Below, piece after piece: positions 28,420 to 41,613 of a DNA stretch of 64,000 bases. A model generated the notes under the pieces. The model saw only the letters and a list, made by a program, of their open reading frames with translations. It made no database searches and had not been told where the DNA came from. Both the position numbers and the translations under genes were made by a program. Each line of letters starts with the position of its first letter. The first letter of the stretch is position 1. Origin of the DNA: Camelus dromedarius. Its lineage: Eukaryota. Where the stretch lies: positions 64,544,001-64,608,000 of the forward strand of contig NC_087436.1 in NCBI RefSeq assembly GCF_036321535.1. The letters run 5' to 3'.

Positions 28420-29500
28420 TATCAAAAGTAAAAGAAACCATCCAGCACCCAAGTCTTGGTTTCTAATACGATTCTCCAATCAAAGGAAAAACTCCTTGGA
28501 GAAATGTCTCACCATAGAGGAAGTATACAAAATGAGCCTGGAAAGTCTTGAGTGCCAGAAAATAAGAAAGGTCTCAAAAAATAAAACAATGGGGACTTGT
28601 CAATAAGAGATGAGAGCAACCAGTGGGAAAGAGCTCCCGTGGCCAAAGCTGAAATAATTTGTGCAACAGATTAAATAAATGATGTAGAATTGGATTACAT
28701 CTAGAGTATAAAATAGATAGTCATGAGTCCATAGTGATACAAATAAATGATTAAGTAAATGAAGGAGAGACATCTCCTATAGAAAAAAATTCCAAATAAC
28801 TTGTGTTATTGGAATTAAGAGTTTAATCAACAAGATGGAGCTTAATTCCCACACCTTTGGTGTAGGTTACACGTAATAGCATGTTATCAAAGAATACAAC
28901 ATGGAAGGGGGAAAACCAAAAAGTAAGTTTACAGTGGAGAAATAAGGGAAACAGTACCTCAGTCAGATGATCTTTGCTAATTTCATCATCAATCAGACAT
29001 GTTAATAGCACATACACTAAAAGTTATGTGATTAAAATGGTACTTCACCTCTGTGGCCATCTTTCCCAAATCTACAATCACATTCTAACCATGAGAAAAG
29101 GACAAGAGACAACCATAAATTTAAGAGCATTGTACACGTTATCTAACTACCACTCCTCAAAACTGTCAAGATCTTCAAAAACAAAAAAATGTCAGAGAGT
29201 GTCACAGTCTAAAGAAAGCTAAGCAGACATGACAACTAAATGTAATGTGCTATCCTGGATGGGATCCTAGAACAGAAAAAAGACATTAGGGAAAAGCTAA
29301 TAAATATGGCATTTGGTTAATAATAATTTATTAATATTTGTTTGTGTGACAAGTGTACTATAGTAATGGAAGATGTTAAAAATGGGGAAACTGAGTGCTA
29401 AGTATATAGGAAACCAGATTACTTTGCAAATTTCATGTAGTAAACTAGAAACCAGTTTATTTTAATTGTAAAATAAAAATTTAATTAAAAAAGAAAAAAA
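28420..29500 (+). mobile_element. Old L1M (L1MC/MD-like) 3' UTR
   Basis: GACATGACAACTAAATGTAATGTG...CCTGGATGGGATCCTAGAACAGAAAAAAGACATTAG, followed by an A-rich tail. Confidence 0.75.
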
Positions 29501-30911
29501 ATTATGAAACCAAAAGTCTCTCAATTATAGAGTTGACTGAGTTTTTGTATTGAAGAATTTTCCAGAAGCAATAAAATCCAGAAACTTTGAAAAAAATGTT
29601 ATTTGTTTGCTTGTCAACAGGTAGGAGTTCTGATTTAAAAGACATTGTTTAGTGAGTGAATTGACTATCAGTAAAGAATATTGAGCTAGTGATTGGGAAT
29701 ATCAATAAAGACTATTTTTCACTTTTAAAAATTTTCTTGAGGCTATTGAAAAGATCATGACAGATTTAATTTTGTTCCTTAGATATCAGCAACTTGTTAC
29801 TAGTAAAATGCACAAGTGGCCCATTTTGGGACTTTAATGATTCACTTTAAATAATTTTAAAGTGGTTTTATGAGCGTTATGAGCTATCAATGAAGAAAAT
29901 ATTTGTCTAATAGTTTGTGAAAGGTGATAGATATAATTCCTTTAGTTTTTTCAGCCAACCAAAATCAAATGCCTACCAGTTGCTAGGCTGTGAAGATACA
30001 AACTTAGTCCCTAATTTCAAGGAAGTAACAGTCTAGTACAGGACATTGGGCAGATAATCAATAAGAGTAATTAAGTAAACTGTTGGCCTGGGTCCATTGA
30101 GAGCATTAAAGAAGGAATCATCAATTCCAGAGGATAGGGACAGTTTACAAAAGCCTTGCAGGACTAGTGATTCCAGAGCTTAATCATCTTTCATCATGAC
30201 AAAAAAGTTGAGGAACCAAAGGCATAGTCAGATGACTGAAGCAGTATGTCAAATTCAGGCAAGTGCTAGTGTTCGAGAATTTCTCAATAATGTTGGGAGT
30301 AGAGAGTCTATATGAGAAAACCTTCTGTAAGAGTAAAGCTTAGAAATACGGGAAAACTCTGGGTTATAGGGGGCTAGAGTTTTAAATAAGGGAATAAGAT
30401 GATCAGGTTATTCTAACAACTGTTGATCAAGGACAATGAAGGTGACTTGCCTGTCAGTAAGTCTTGGGGTTTTATTTTAACTTCCTACCACCTAAGCACT
30501 ACCAGTTTCCTCCACTATGATGGAATAATAGACCTAAGAGAGGCATTGCAACAGCCCTTAAGTGTGTCAGGGCAGAATGCTGAAGAAAGCTTTGGAGGAA
30601 CATAAGATTGTAGACAGCTGAGAAAGATGTTGAATAACTTTTAATAGGCCGCATGAAAGATGAATTAAGGTTTAGCAAAATGAGAGAGAGGAAGACAAAT
30701 GTGAGATACTTCGATGAGGCAGAATCATTTGGAACTTAAGTCATTGATAAGTGGTAAGAGTAAATATGTCCCAAATGACTTCATTATTGAAAGGAACAGA
30801 AGTTGGTTTGTGAGGAAAGATAATGAGTTATGTTTTAGCATACTGAGTTTGAGATACCAATGGGTCGCAGAGGCGACACACCCAAAAGGTAGTAAATAAA
30901 ATGATCTAGAG

Positions 30912-31250
30912 CAGGAGCTGGCAAACTTTTATTATGAAAGATCAAATAATAACTACTTTAGTCTATGAAGGCTGTAGAAGGTCTCTTTCACAGCTGCTCA
31001 GTTCTATTGTTGAAGCTGGGACGCAGCCATACACATTATGTAAACAAATGAGGCAGGCTGTGTTGCAGTAAAACTTTATGAACACTAATACACTAATACA
31101 TGATTTCATATTATTCTCACATCATGAAGCATTCTTTTTTTTTCATAACTATTAAAAATGGGGAGAGAAAAAATATTCTGCACTTATGGACTATACAAAA
31201 ACAGGCAATGGGGCAGATTTGGCCAAAGGTCCCTAATTTGCTGACCCTTG
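30912..31250. mobile_element. MER58-like hAT-Charlie DNA transposon
   Basis: TIRs CAGGAGCTGGCAAA and TTTGCTGACCCTTG. 8-bp flanks ATCTAGAG and ATCTATAA. Confidence 0.85.
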
Positions 31251-33979
31251 ATCTATAAAAAGGTCTGGCTTAGAGATGGAAATTTTTTTGTCATCAACCT
31301 ATGGAAAGAAGTCTGAAGTGATAGTTGTGAATACCATCATGTCTATGGATTGATGGAGAAAAGAATATAGGTAGGATATGGCTAGGGAATTAGAATTTAC
31401 AGGATAGAAATCAATAAATTAAATTTGAGAAGTAAAATCAATGCTGTATTGCTATGAATACTTCCATAATCATTATTCTATACATATACTAGGTATGAAA
31501 TATATGTATATATACTATACTGTTAGCATTTCTGGGCTCATTTACCTGTGTATTTTTCAGTGTTTAATGTACCACCTACAGTAGAGCTTGCATTTGAAAA
31601 ATGTCTAATGGATGGATGGTTAGTAAAATTTTTAAATACCCTTATTTAGGACTGTTTGATTTAACATGGGCTGTATCTTTTTTTTCTACCTATTAATCCA
31701 GATAAGCAGAAAGGAAACTAGGTGAAATTCTTAGAACTCTGAAATAATTTACAGATCAAGTAATAATAAAAGTATTCTTAGTGGTAATATTGCAAATTAG
31801 TAACTACATTTAGTTTTTTCATACTGTAATCATGATGGTTTTTAATGTTTTTGTTAGTTTTTTCTAATTCCTTGATGTTGAAATGATTTAAAACATTTAG
31901 AAATGAAGTCCCTAATCATTATGTAGGTTTCAGTGAACCAGAATTCCACATTTTCTCAGTATATTATTGTTCTCTTTCCAATTTGTAAGTTGAAAAGCAT
32001 GGCATAGAAACAGCAGTAACCTCATGCAGTTCTGTAAGAAGTACAAGAAATTCAAATTTAACAAAACATTATTAACAGGTATTTATAACTTCATTCTGAT
32101 TAAGTGCTGGGAAGTAACTGTGATTACGGGTCTGCAATAATGATCTGTTTCTGTAGTATGTAGAATTAAAATGGCATTCTTACTAAAGAGGTGACTACCA
32201 CTAAACAGAACCAGTTACCTCATCAGTGAAACCAATCTTAAAGGAAGTAAGTTAGTGCCTAATTATTCAAGTTAAAGAAATATGACATTATATTTTTCCT
32301 GTGCTTTATCTGAATTAGAGAAATACGGTCTCATTGCATTTAAGTTAATAAAATAACACCATGCTAAAAGCTATTTTTCAACGTTCAAATCCATATACTT
32401 ACCTTTAAAAATAGAAATAAAGGTGTATATATGTTTATTGTTTTGGAACAAAGCCTCTCACTACAGGATATACTTGTGAACTACTACACAAGAACTACTT
32501 GTGGAGAGTTTTGATTCAGTAGCTTCAGGGTGGCAGGGCATTGGAATTTTTAAAAGCTCCCCAGTGGCTTTCTAACATGCAAATCAAAGAAGCACGGGTG
32601 TGTGTGTGTGTGTGTGTATAAGTGTGTGTGTTGTTTCCGTCCTTCCCTACCTCCAGCTTAGGACAACTTACCTGAGAACAGTCCCATTCTCTTCTCTTTT
32701 TGTTTTCTTCTTTAACAATATAGAGATGAACTTAAGCCCTTTTATTTACTGACATTGTCCAAAATCAAATTATCAGAGTTGGAGAGAAATGTGGAATTAT
32801 GTGTGATGCTGGTAGGAAAGTGAACAAATTTGCCCACAAGCAGATATAGGATAACAGCAGTTGCCAACTAATCGTTTTATCTCTCTTGAATCTGGGTGGA
32901 GTAGAAGACTTCTGTGATGCTGGCATCAGTACAGTATGCTGATGCCAATATCTGGGCCTCTTTGATGATGCCAACGTTATACAAATCTTCTCATCCACTC
33001 TGCTCCATCTGCGGGATTTCCCCTGGGCGCAACAGCTAAGAGTTGTCACTGAATGCCCGATTCCAGTGCAGTCACCTCTCAGAGCTCCTGCGTGTCATTA
33101 ATAGCTGCCTTGGGAGTGCCTGCCATGTGGCAACTACTCTTTGGGGCACTTTATGTCTTCTTATTTAATAATCATCACAATATTACAAGATATCATCATT
33201 ATAATCATCATCATCATCCTTCTGTTACAAATAAAAAAATGGAGTGTCAGCGAGTGTAAAGTAACTTATCCAACCATAGGAAGTGATGGAGCCAGGATAA
33301 GAACCATGTTCAGCCTAATCCTTAAGCCTGCTTTTTTCCTTAAGTCACATTGTCAAATATTACTCTACTAAATCACTCATCATTTTGTGTTAAGTTGGCA
33401 AGTACTTCTACATATGAAATATTAAAACTTATTTTCTAGTATAGTGGGGACCCAGGGTGCCACTTTGTGTCAGAAAACACTATTTTGAAATAGGATAGGT
33501 GTACAAGGGTAGTTCTATCCTCTTGTTTAAAAAAAAAAAAAAGCAAAGTTCCAAATTAAGAAGACCATTTAGCATTATCAGAGAATGACTGGGGAGAAGT
33601 GGGAGCAGAAGAATATTGCATGATTGTTAAAAGCAAGGACTTTGGAATGAGGTGTGTATTTGAATTCATAATCCAGTGCTTACAAAACGTCAGCTTGGGC
33701 ATCTGTGAAATGGGGATAATAACATTACAGTGTATCGCGAAGAAGACATAAAATAATATAGGTTGTCAATTTAGGGAAATGCCCAATGAATTGTTAGTGC
33801 TTATGAATGTTTGTTTAGAAAAAAATATTCTAAAAGACTAGATTAATAGGTTGGATTAAATCAAGAAATCAAAGGGACGGAAGATTAAATTCAGCTGAGA
33901 AGCAGCATGCTTAAGCAAGAGTCTTCAAAGAGCCAAGTAAATAGAAACAAGGTTGGTCCCTTTTTAATTAGATGGGATT

Positions 33980-34510
33980 GTGATTACCTAGTAGTACATA
34001 ACTAACTACCCCAAATTAAGTAACTGTCATTTTATTCTACTCATGAATTCTGGGGTCCCTAGCATGGTAGAATTGGTTTGTTTTTGCTCCATGATTTCTA
34101 TGGCCTCAGCTGAGAAGTTTTGAACAGGTGACTTAAATGACTGAGGATAGAATCATCTGGAAGCTTCTTTACTCACAACTCAACTGTTGGGGCTTGATTA
34201 CCTGAAGCCCAAACCTACCTGGAACTTAGAACTGTAACATCTACATGTGTCTTTCCCATGTGGAATTGACTTTTCTCAGCATGGCATCTGCTGTCTGAAA
34301 GAGAGTGCCCCAAATTAAAGCTTCTGGACAGCAAATGTTCCAAGAGAACAGTAGAAGTTGCACAGCCTTTTCTGACCTAGCCCTGCAACTTGTGTACCAT
34401 CACTTCAGGAACATTCTATTGGTACAAGGCTGTACTGGTACTAAGGAAAGCAAGGATTCAAGGAAGATGAATGAGACTCTTCCTTTTGATGGGGGAATGG
34501 CAAGGTAGAG
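33980..34510. mobile_element. Old MaLR (MLT1) LTR
   Basis: AACTACCCCAAA...GAATCATCTGGAAGCTTC...TTCTGACCTAGCC...CATCACTTC motifs. Confidence 0.6.
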
Positions 34511-34988
34511 TGGCCAACCTTTTTGGTTTCCCTAGGATTTAGATAGCTACCATGATGTGAGCCTTTCAATTTTAAAACTGAGAAAGTCCCAGGAAAGCCA
34601 GGACAAGTTAATGATATGCTCACATTCAGAAGAGCATTGGGAAGAAGATACTGTTGCTCAAAATAGTCTACACCAAAGTCAGAAACCATGGGGCAGAGCT
34701 GTAGCTATAAGCCAGAATCTAGATCAGCCAAAGTACAGGCATTTGCATGCTTCACCTTGGCCTGACCCACTTTTAGCTAGAGTTGTTGGTTGGCATTCTC
34801 AAGTGTGGGTTAGAAGAGAAGGAGACTGACCTATGATGGGATATTGAATCGTCTAGCCCTGGCTGAAAACAAGGCAGACCGTTGTCCCCACAGACATGGT
34901 CCTTGGTATTATGTGTAGCACCACTGCCAGCACTACTCTTGGGAAACCTCCCAAGTCTCTGCATATGCTAGTGGCCTTGCTCCCCATC

Positions 34989-35210
34989 ACAGTGCAATTC
35001 AGAGTATGATCCCTGGACCACTAGCGTTAGCCTCGCCTGGGAGCTTGTTAGAATTACATGTTCCTGGACCCTATCTCAGACTGACTAACTCAGAATCATT
35101 GAGAGGTAACCTATCTCAGACTGACTAACTCAGAATCATTGAGAAATCTGTGTTTAAACTAGCTTTCCAAGTGATTCTGATGTTTGTGAAAGTGTGAGAA
35201 GCATGTTTCC
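34989..35210. mobile_element. MER5A-like element with internal duplication
   Basis: TGGGAGCTTGTTAGAA...AATCTGTGTTTAA...GTGATTCTGATG...AAAGTGTGAGAA. Confidence 0.7.
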
Positions 35211-35596
35211 AGCACAACACTACACAACTACTAGGTTAGTGGTTCTCTTCCTGGGAGTGCATCTGAACCAATTTTTATTTTTTATTTTGGTGGGGAGGGG
35301 GTGTATTTTTAAATCAGACTAAAATCGGCTTCCTAAGCTCCATCACCAAAATGATTCTGATTTAGTACAGTAGGGAAATAGTAGGTAGGCAAAAGAACAC
35401 AGGACTTGGATTTCAGAAATGGTATTTGCAGTCCAGCTTTGCCACTTATATACTGTGTGACTCCTCTCTGAAGGGCAGTTTGAACCAAATGAACAGTATG
35501 ACCTTTTTGTCTGTTCTGACATTCTGTGATATGCATGATATCTTGAACTCACTAACACAGACCAATACATTCTTTTTTTTTTATGGTGAATAGAGT

Positions 35597-36685
35597 TTTG
35601 TTTTTTTTGTTTTTTTTTTTTTTTAATTAAAGTACAGTCAATGACAATGCATCAGTTTCTGGTGTACAGCACAATGTCCCAGCCATGCATATATACACAG
35701 ATATTCATTTTTATATTCTTTTTCATTAAAGGTTATTACAAGATATTGAATATAGTTCCCTGTGCTATACAGAGGAAACTTTTAAAAAATGTATTTATAT
35801 ATTTGTAGTGGCTAACATTTGCAACTCTCAAACTCCCAAATGTATCCCTTCCCACCCCCTTTCCCTGGTAACCATAAGATTTTTTACTATGTCTGGGAGT
35901 CTATTCCTGTTCTGTAGATGACATCATTAGTGTTGCCTTTTTTTCTTTTTTTTAGATTCCACATATGAGTGATATCATATGGTATTTTTCTTTCTCTTTC
36001 TGGCTTACTTCACTTAGAATGACAATCTCCATGTCCATCTATGTTGCTGCAAGTGACATTATTTTATTCTTTTTTATGGCCAAGTAGTATTCCATTGTAT
36101 AGATATACCACAGCTTCTTTATCCAGTCCTCTGTCAATGGACATTTAGGTTGTTTCCATGTCTTGGCTATTGTTAACAGTGCTGCTAAGAACACTGGGGT
36201 GCGTGTTTCTTTTTGAATTAAAATTCCCCCTGGATATATGCCCAGGAGTGGGATTGCTGTATCTTAGGGTAAGTCTATTTTTAGTCTTTTGAGGAATCTC
36301 CATAATGGCTGCACCAAACTACATTCCCACCAACAGTGTAGGAGGGTTCCCTTTTCTCCACATCCTCTCCAGCATTTACCATTCACAGACTTTCAAATGA
36401 TGGCCATTCTGACTGGTGTGAGGTGGTACTTCATTGTAGTTTTGGTTTACATTTCTCTGATAATTAGTGATATTGAGCATTTTTTCATGTGCCTGTTGAT
36501 CATTTGTATTTCTTCCTTGGAGAATTGCTTGTTTAGGTCTTCCTCTCATCTTTGGCTTGGGTTGTTTGTTTTTTCTTTTTAAGTTGTATGAGCTGTTTAT
36601 ATATTCTGGGAATTAAGCCTTTGTCAATCACATCATTTGCAAATATTTTCTCCCATTCCATAGGTTGTCATTTTGTTTTGCTTAT
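35597..36685 (-). mobile_element. Young 5'-truncated L1 (ORF2 end plus 3' UTR)
   Basis: Poly-T head on the plus strand, then the same 3' UTR/ORF2 sequence as the copies at 11.2-11.7 kb and 47.4-48.1 kb. Confidence 0.93.
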
Positions 36686-38879
36686 AAACTAATACTTTGT
36701 TGACTAGGAAATTTTCTACTTTACTTAGTGCTTAGGCATCAATCATTCTCAGTAATTCCAATCCCACATCTTTTAGAAAGGTGCGGTAAAGTGGATATTT
36801 ATGTCGGTATCAGCATACAGACAGATACAGACATCCATACACATGAAATTACTTTATTTTCAAACATTATTTAACACATCTTACAAATATATCACATTAG
36901 TGGTGGAGGAATGTAGATTTTTTATAACTTCAGAGCTGTAATTTATTATTGGCAACAAAAGGCAAAAAAACCTCACAGTCATCATGAGGGCACAGTTTGA
37001 AGTGATTGAAATCACACAAGCATTGCTTTATAAACATTGATTTTTGAGTGACATATTTTCAGAAAAGACTGATTTTTAAAGGATATTTAATTATGCTCTA
37101 ATAAGTGTCTGGAATGAAATACTATATTGCAGTTATCCATGTAAAGGTTTGGTCAGCATTGGTTCTTCTGAATGTCTAGCTTTGTAAGAGAGCAACAGGG
37201 AAAGCAGCTTTAAATGAACTCTTGTGGCATATATTTTATATGAGTAGTAGTTAGGTTGTCATCAAAACCTTGGTAATAGTCTCGATGTATTTAAGTGAAA
37301 GATGGTTGACACTAAGCTGTTATAGGAACAGATTATCTGTGTAGCTTATCCTTGGAAATTGCTACTGTATTAAAGGTCTTAGTTTTAAAAACATAATAAT
37401 CCATTTATATCTTCCTTTCAAATCAGTTTACTTATGAATGACTCCCATGTATTCACTCTAATTTACCAAAAGATTGGCATGAAATAATGGAAATTGATCT
37501 ATAAAAATAACTTTTCTAAACCAATAACGATTTCCTCACTGAATTCAAGCTCCTGATCAGAACAGGAAGGCTAACCAACTACTTTTCCCCTCAATGCAAA
37601 AGGCCTTTCATGAGCCTTAGTAAATATTGGCACGTCCAACTTAAAATCCTAGTTCTTACCTATCTTACATTTGATTTGAACATTTTAAAGCCCTGAAGTA
37701 TCAAATACTTAATGTTAAACAGAGCTCACCAGAAAGCCAAGCTTTTAGATGTTATTGTGACAGTCACTTACTGCCTAAAACACATGCAGAAACTATAGTC
37801 ATGTTGCTTTAGAAGGTCAGAATTCTGATCTACTGTTCCTTTTTATTTTTGGTTAGAATAACATTATACTGCTGAGGCAACAAAAAGCTAAGGTCACCAG
37901 CAGAAACTGGAGCAAATAATGGAATTTTCAAGCAAGATTCTTTTGAATCTGGTGTTGAACTGACTGAGGAGAAAAAAAATGTTAGGTTTACTGAACTGAG
38001 AAAGTTCTGTGCATAGTGCCCCAAAGAGACATAAAAGGAACAGCTTGGAAAAAACTGGTAGAATTTTAAAGCTGTTGAACTAAAATTCAATAATTAGAAG
38101 CATAGTATATGTCTCATTTAATTGTATTTTGTTGTTTTGTTTGGCCAACATACACTTATCACTTATTTGGTACTTTGATGCAAATATCTAAATAATGATG
38201 CAGAACCTAGTGATTTTTAGCCTGTTAGGATAAAATGTAGAAAGTATTATTTGTGTATGAATGTTTGTAATTTTCTAAATAGTTTACTTATGTCTCATTG
38301 AGGTTGGTTTAAACTAAGAATAAACTATGAAATAAAATTTTAGTCTAGAATAGAATGAATATTTTAGATGATAAATTTGAACCATCCTAGGTAAGGGGAA
38401 ACAGAATTTAAGAAGCAGTTTCTTCAGGGCCTTGGTGTAACTCTCTTGTACCCTATTCTCACTTCACTTAAGATGCAGATTCCTGGGGAGTCTAGCTGGC
38501 GTAACTTGATTCACAGACTCACTCAGAACCAGAGAAGAGCAGGGCATCTTGAGTGGCATATTACAAGTTTATGGACATAGGCTGGAAAGTTTCTCAAAGC
38601 AAAATTGAGATGTTTTCCCAAGCAGAGGGAGTGACAGCCAGGGAAGCAAAAACAATAAATATTCAATGCAGAAAGCAAAGTGGAAATTTGTTTTTATTAG
38701 TCTTGCTAATGTTGGATAGTTTTTTTTTTGTTTTTTTTTTTTTTTACTGATTTGACATTTTTGCACTTCACCTAACAGATAGATTGCCAATATTCTTGAA
38801 ACACACACACACTCTTTATTTCATACCAAAAATCAATCTAAAAACACTTCTTCCCTTTCCTTCTCCCCCTTGCCTACTT

Positions 38880-39105
38880 CACGGTTTCTCACCCTTCACA
38901 CTTTGGGCAGGTGCCCGTTTGGTATTTTGACATCTGGGGCAGGATAATTCTGTCGTGGGGGTCTGTCTTGTGCAGTGTGGGATGTTGAGCAGCATGCCTT
39001 CTCTCTGTTGACTGGATATCATCCCTCTTAGTTGTTACAATCAAAACTGTCTAGATGTTGCCAAATGTCTTCTAGAGGACACATCATCCCCATGCAGACC
39101 TACTG
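38880..39105. mobile_element. MER20-like DNA transposon
   Basis: TTGACATCTGGGGCAGGATAATTC...TGTGGGATGTTGAGCAGCAT...TTGCCAAATGTC. Confidence 0.75.
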
Positions 39106-40379
39106 AACTCCTAGACTATATTTGAGGAAAAAAAATCTTTTTTCTAATGAAAATAAATAATAAATCTGCTAATACATTTTAGCTATTTAAAATAATTCAC
39201 ATAGAGGAAGATTATCCAATATACTAATACATTTATTTTTGTAATGGTTGTTTCTTGATGTGATTCCTTTTATTCTGTCACATTATGGATAGTATGGACC
39301 ATTATTTTTATAGTCAGTTTTCTCTGGACCTAAGCATTATCTGAGAGAGATATTTGATTGACTAATAACTGTATCTGTTAGCAGTTAGCAATTCCCTCCC
39401 CCCACAAAGCTACTTAAAAACAACAGCAGCAGCAATTCTAAATCTCAGATCTCAGTAGCTTCAAAAAATTATTAGGCTTTTACCTTCCACCAACATGGAA
39501 CCAGTAGCACTGTACTTGAGACAGGATTTTTAAGATACGATGTGTATCTGGAAGGCTGTTGTGCAGCATTTCAATCTACCAAAATAACCAACTAGTTTGT
39601 AATCAATACATTACATTAAATAAGGATTGAGTCCAGTCATAAAACAGCTTTTTTCTCATCCTCCCGTGTTTCTTCCCTGCCCTTATAGCTCCCTTCGCCC
39701 CACAATCATCGTTTCAGTCCTAAGAAGAATCCAATTTTTGAAATTCCCTATGATAGGAAAATTTCCAAACTTCATTGACAGTAAAATTTCACACTTTCCC
39801 TCTCCTCATTGCTCTAAGTGGAAAGCTTGCCGTGCGAAGTGGATGCCAAGCCTGCTTCCTCTCCATTTCCCCACCTGATGCTTCCCCTTGTCTTCTGTGG
39901 GCTGGAATGCCTGTAGCTCCTAAATGGTTCAGCATTGGAGGTGAAGAGGGGACGACAGATAAGGCACAGGAAAGGTCTTATGTGACAGGTTTTAATGGAG
40001 TAAAGAATAAATTCTCCTCTGGAAGATGGATAAAGATGAATCTCTGTCTTGGGCAGATTTTTAAAAACTGAAAAGTCCCATTGAGAAATATCTGACTGTA
40101 TTTCATGTGAAAACAAATGATGCATGTTCTCCCAGCTGGATGACTGCTTACATTTCCTCCTTGTACCCCTGGAAATTCAGTTGTATACCTCTTCTGCTGA
40201 TATAATTTTTCACCTCTAAAAAGTCACCTTGGACTTCCAGACCTCACACTGTCTCTGAGAAACTTACACAGCCTTGCTTTCATCTTTAGAGTAGAACTGT
40301 AGCTAACACCCTATGCATCTTGATCTTTCTTCCTCTGCTTTTTCCCCAAACTCCAGGGCGTATATATTAACCCTCCCAT

Positions 40380-40831
40380 TGTTATGGAAACGACAGGCCA
40401 GTCAAGAAACAAGCACCACTCGGAGGGTTGGAGTACTCAGATGTATTACGCCGGCGGGCTCAGAGGGGCTTCTGCTCCGAAGCTCTGAGCACCTTCAAGA
40501 CGTGCACATGAGGTTTTATAGGGTAAAGTACAAGCATGGGGTATTCGGCCAATAGGCATGGAACAGCTTTAGCAGCATTATCATCACAAAAGTGGAGGCG
40601 GGGAGGCAGCAAACCAACATTCCAAAGCCAGATATGTATCTTTGAGAATCCAGCTGGCTAGCAAAAAACATAAACAGCAAACCAACACTAATTAACTTAG
40701 ATTTACAACTTAGTCCAGCAGAACTCAGATTGGTATTCCAATACTTAGACTTGTTAGCCCAGCCCAGCCTCTCCTTCACATTCCTAGACCTGTGAGTTAT
40801 CTTGTTAGACCAGCCCAGCTTTTCCTTCACA
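40380..40831 (-). repeat. 3' LTR of the provirus
   Basis: Same length as the 5' LTR, with 10 substitutions and no indels by manual alignment. Preceded by the PPT. Confidence 0.97.
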
Positions 40832-40843
40832 TTCCCCCCTCTT
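40832..40843 (-). promoter_or_regulatory. Polypurine tract
   Basis: Minus strand AAGAGGGGGGAA directly abuts the TG of the 3' LTR. Confidence 0.95.
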
Positions 40844-40858
40844 GGTGCTTTCACAACT

Positions 40859-41449
40859 CTAGTTGGAGTAAGCATCATCACTTATCTGTTGCAGGGGCTC
40901 ATAATTGGAGGCTAACATCTGAAGTTATATAACCTCTATCCACTCACTGACCAAGCGGGTCCAGAAGTTTAGGACACAGGGCCCAAATAGCAGAACTGCA
41001 AAAAATCAAGAGTAAGGGACCTATGAACGGTGCCAGCCAGGAGGTCCAGCCCCAGGGGCCTGTCCATGGGCTCTTATTTAAAATATGTTTTCTCTTTTTA
41101 CTCGGTCTTGTAACTCTTGAACCATCTCTCTGACAATTTCTGATTGATTGGCATAAAAACAGCACTCTTCATTGTAGGAAGAGGCATAGTCCCCCCTCTT
41201 TGGCCATGAGTAAGTTACAGACCCCTCCTGTTTTGTAAAACCACCTCGGCCAGAGAGTCAATCTGATTTTGCAGAGTTCCCAGGGTTTCTGCTATTTGTT
41301 GGAGATCATGGCTGAATTCACTTGTAAGCTGGAAATACAGGTTGGTACATGGACCATTTGTCACCCGGTTCTGTGCAGGTGCATTGTACAGCCAAGGAGA
41401 GTGAGGGCATTAGCGTCAGTAACATCAGCCTTATGATTATCTTAGACAT
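40859..41449 (-). pseudogene. env: ERV env: signal peptide plus TM subunit, SU deleted
   Basis: MSKIIIRLMLLTLMPSLSLA-VQCTC leader, then a jump near 41348 to TM. TM has the heptad repeat and ISD (LQNQIDSLAEVVLQNRRGL), CX6CC (CLFLQ/EECCFYANQS) and the membrane anchor WLAPFIGPLLLI...FGPC. Several frameshifts. Confidence 0.93.
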
Positions 41450-41613
41450 GATGCTGCAGTGATGGCACTAATTATAACAAGATATAAAATAGCTATCAGG
41501 ATTCTATGGCCTATGTTCCAGTTAGGTGTGGCGGCGCTAGCTAGCCCCACTGCTAATACGCAGGCTAGTATGGCAAACAAGGAAATAGGCAAGGGAGCAC
41601 AAAAGAAATACAT
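41437..41613 (-). CDS. Small intact ORF (58 aa) with two hydrophobic segments between pol and env; putative accessory membrane protein
   Basis: MYFFCAPLPISLFAILACVLAVGLASAATPNWNIGHRILIAILYLVIISAITAASCLR*. It is shorter than any ORF in the provided track. It starts 23 nt after the pol stop and overlaps the env ATG. Confidence 0.5.
   Translation of the reverse strand: MYFFCAPLPISLFAILACVLAVGLASAATPNWNIGHRILIAILYLVIISAITAASCLR

Noticed and set aside
32921..32947. Short hairpin TGGCATCAG...CTGATGCCA
   Set aside because: The stem is too short for a pre-miRNA and I recognise no mature sequence.
40516..40881. 121-aa ORF, with a 104-aa counterpart at 45177-45491, running through U3 of each LTR
   Set aside because: No similarity to known LTR-encoded proteins (Sag, Nef) that I can see. 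The longer one relies on PPT-region sequence, and duplication of the LTR explains the recurrence.
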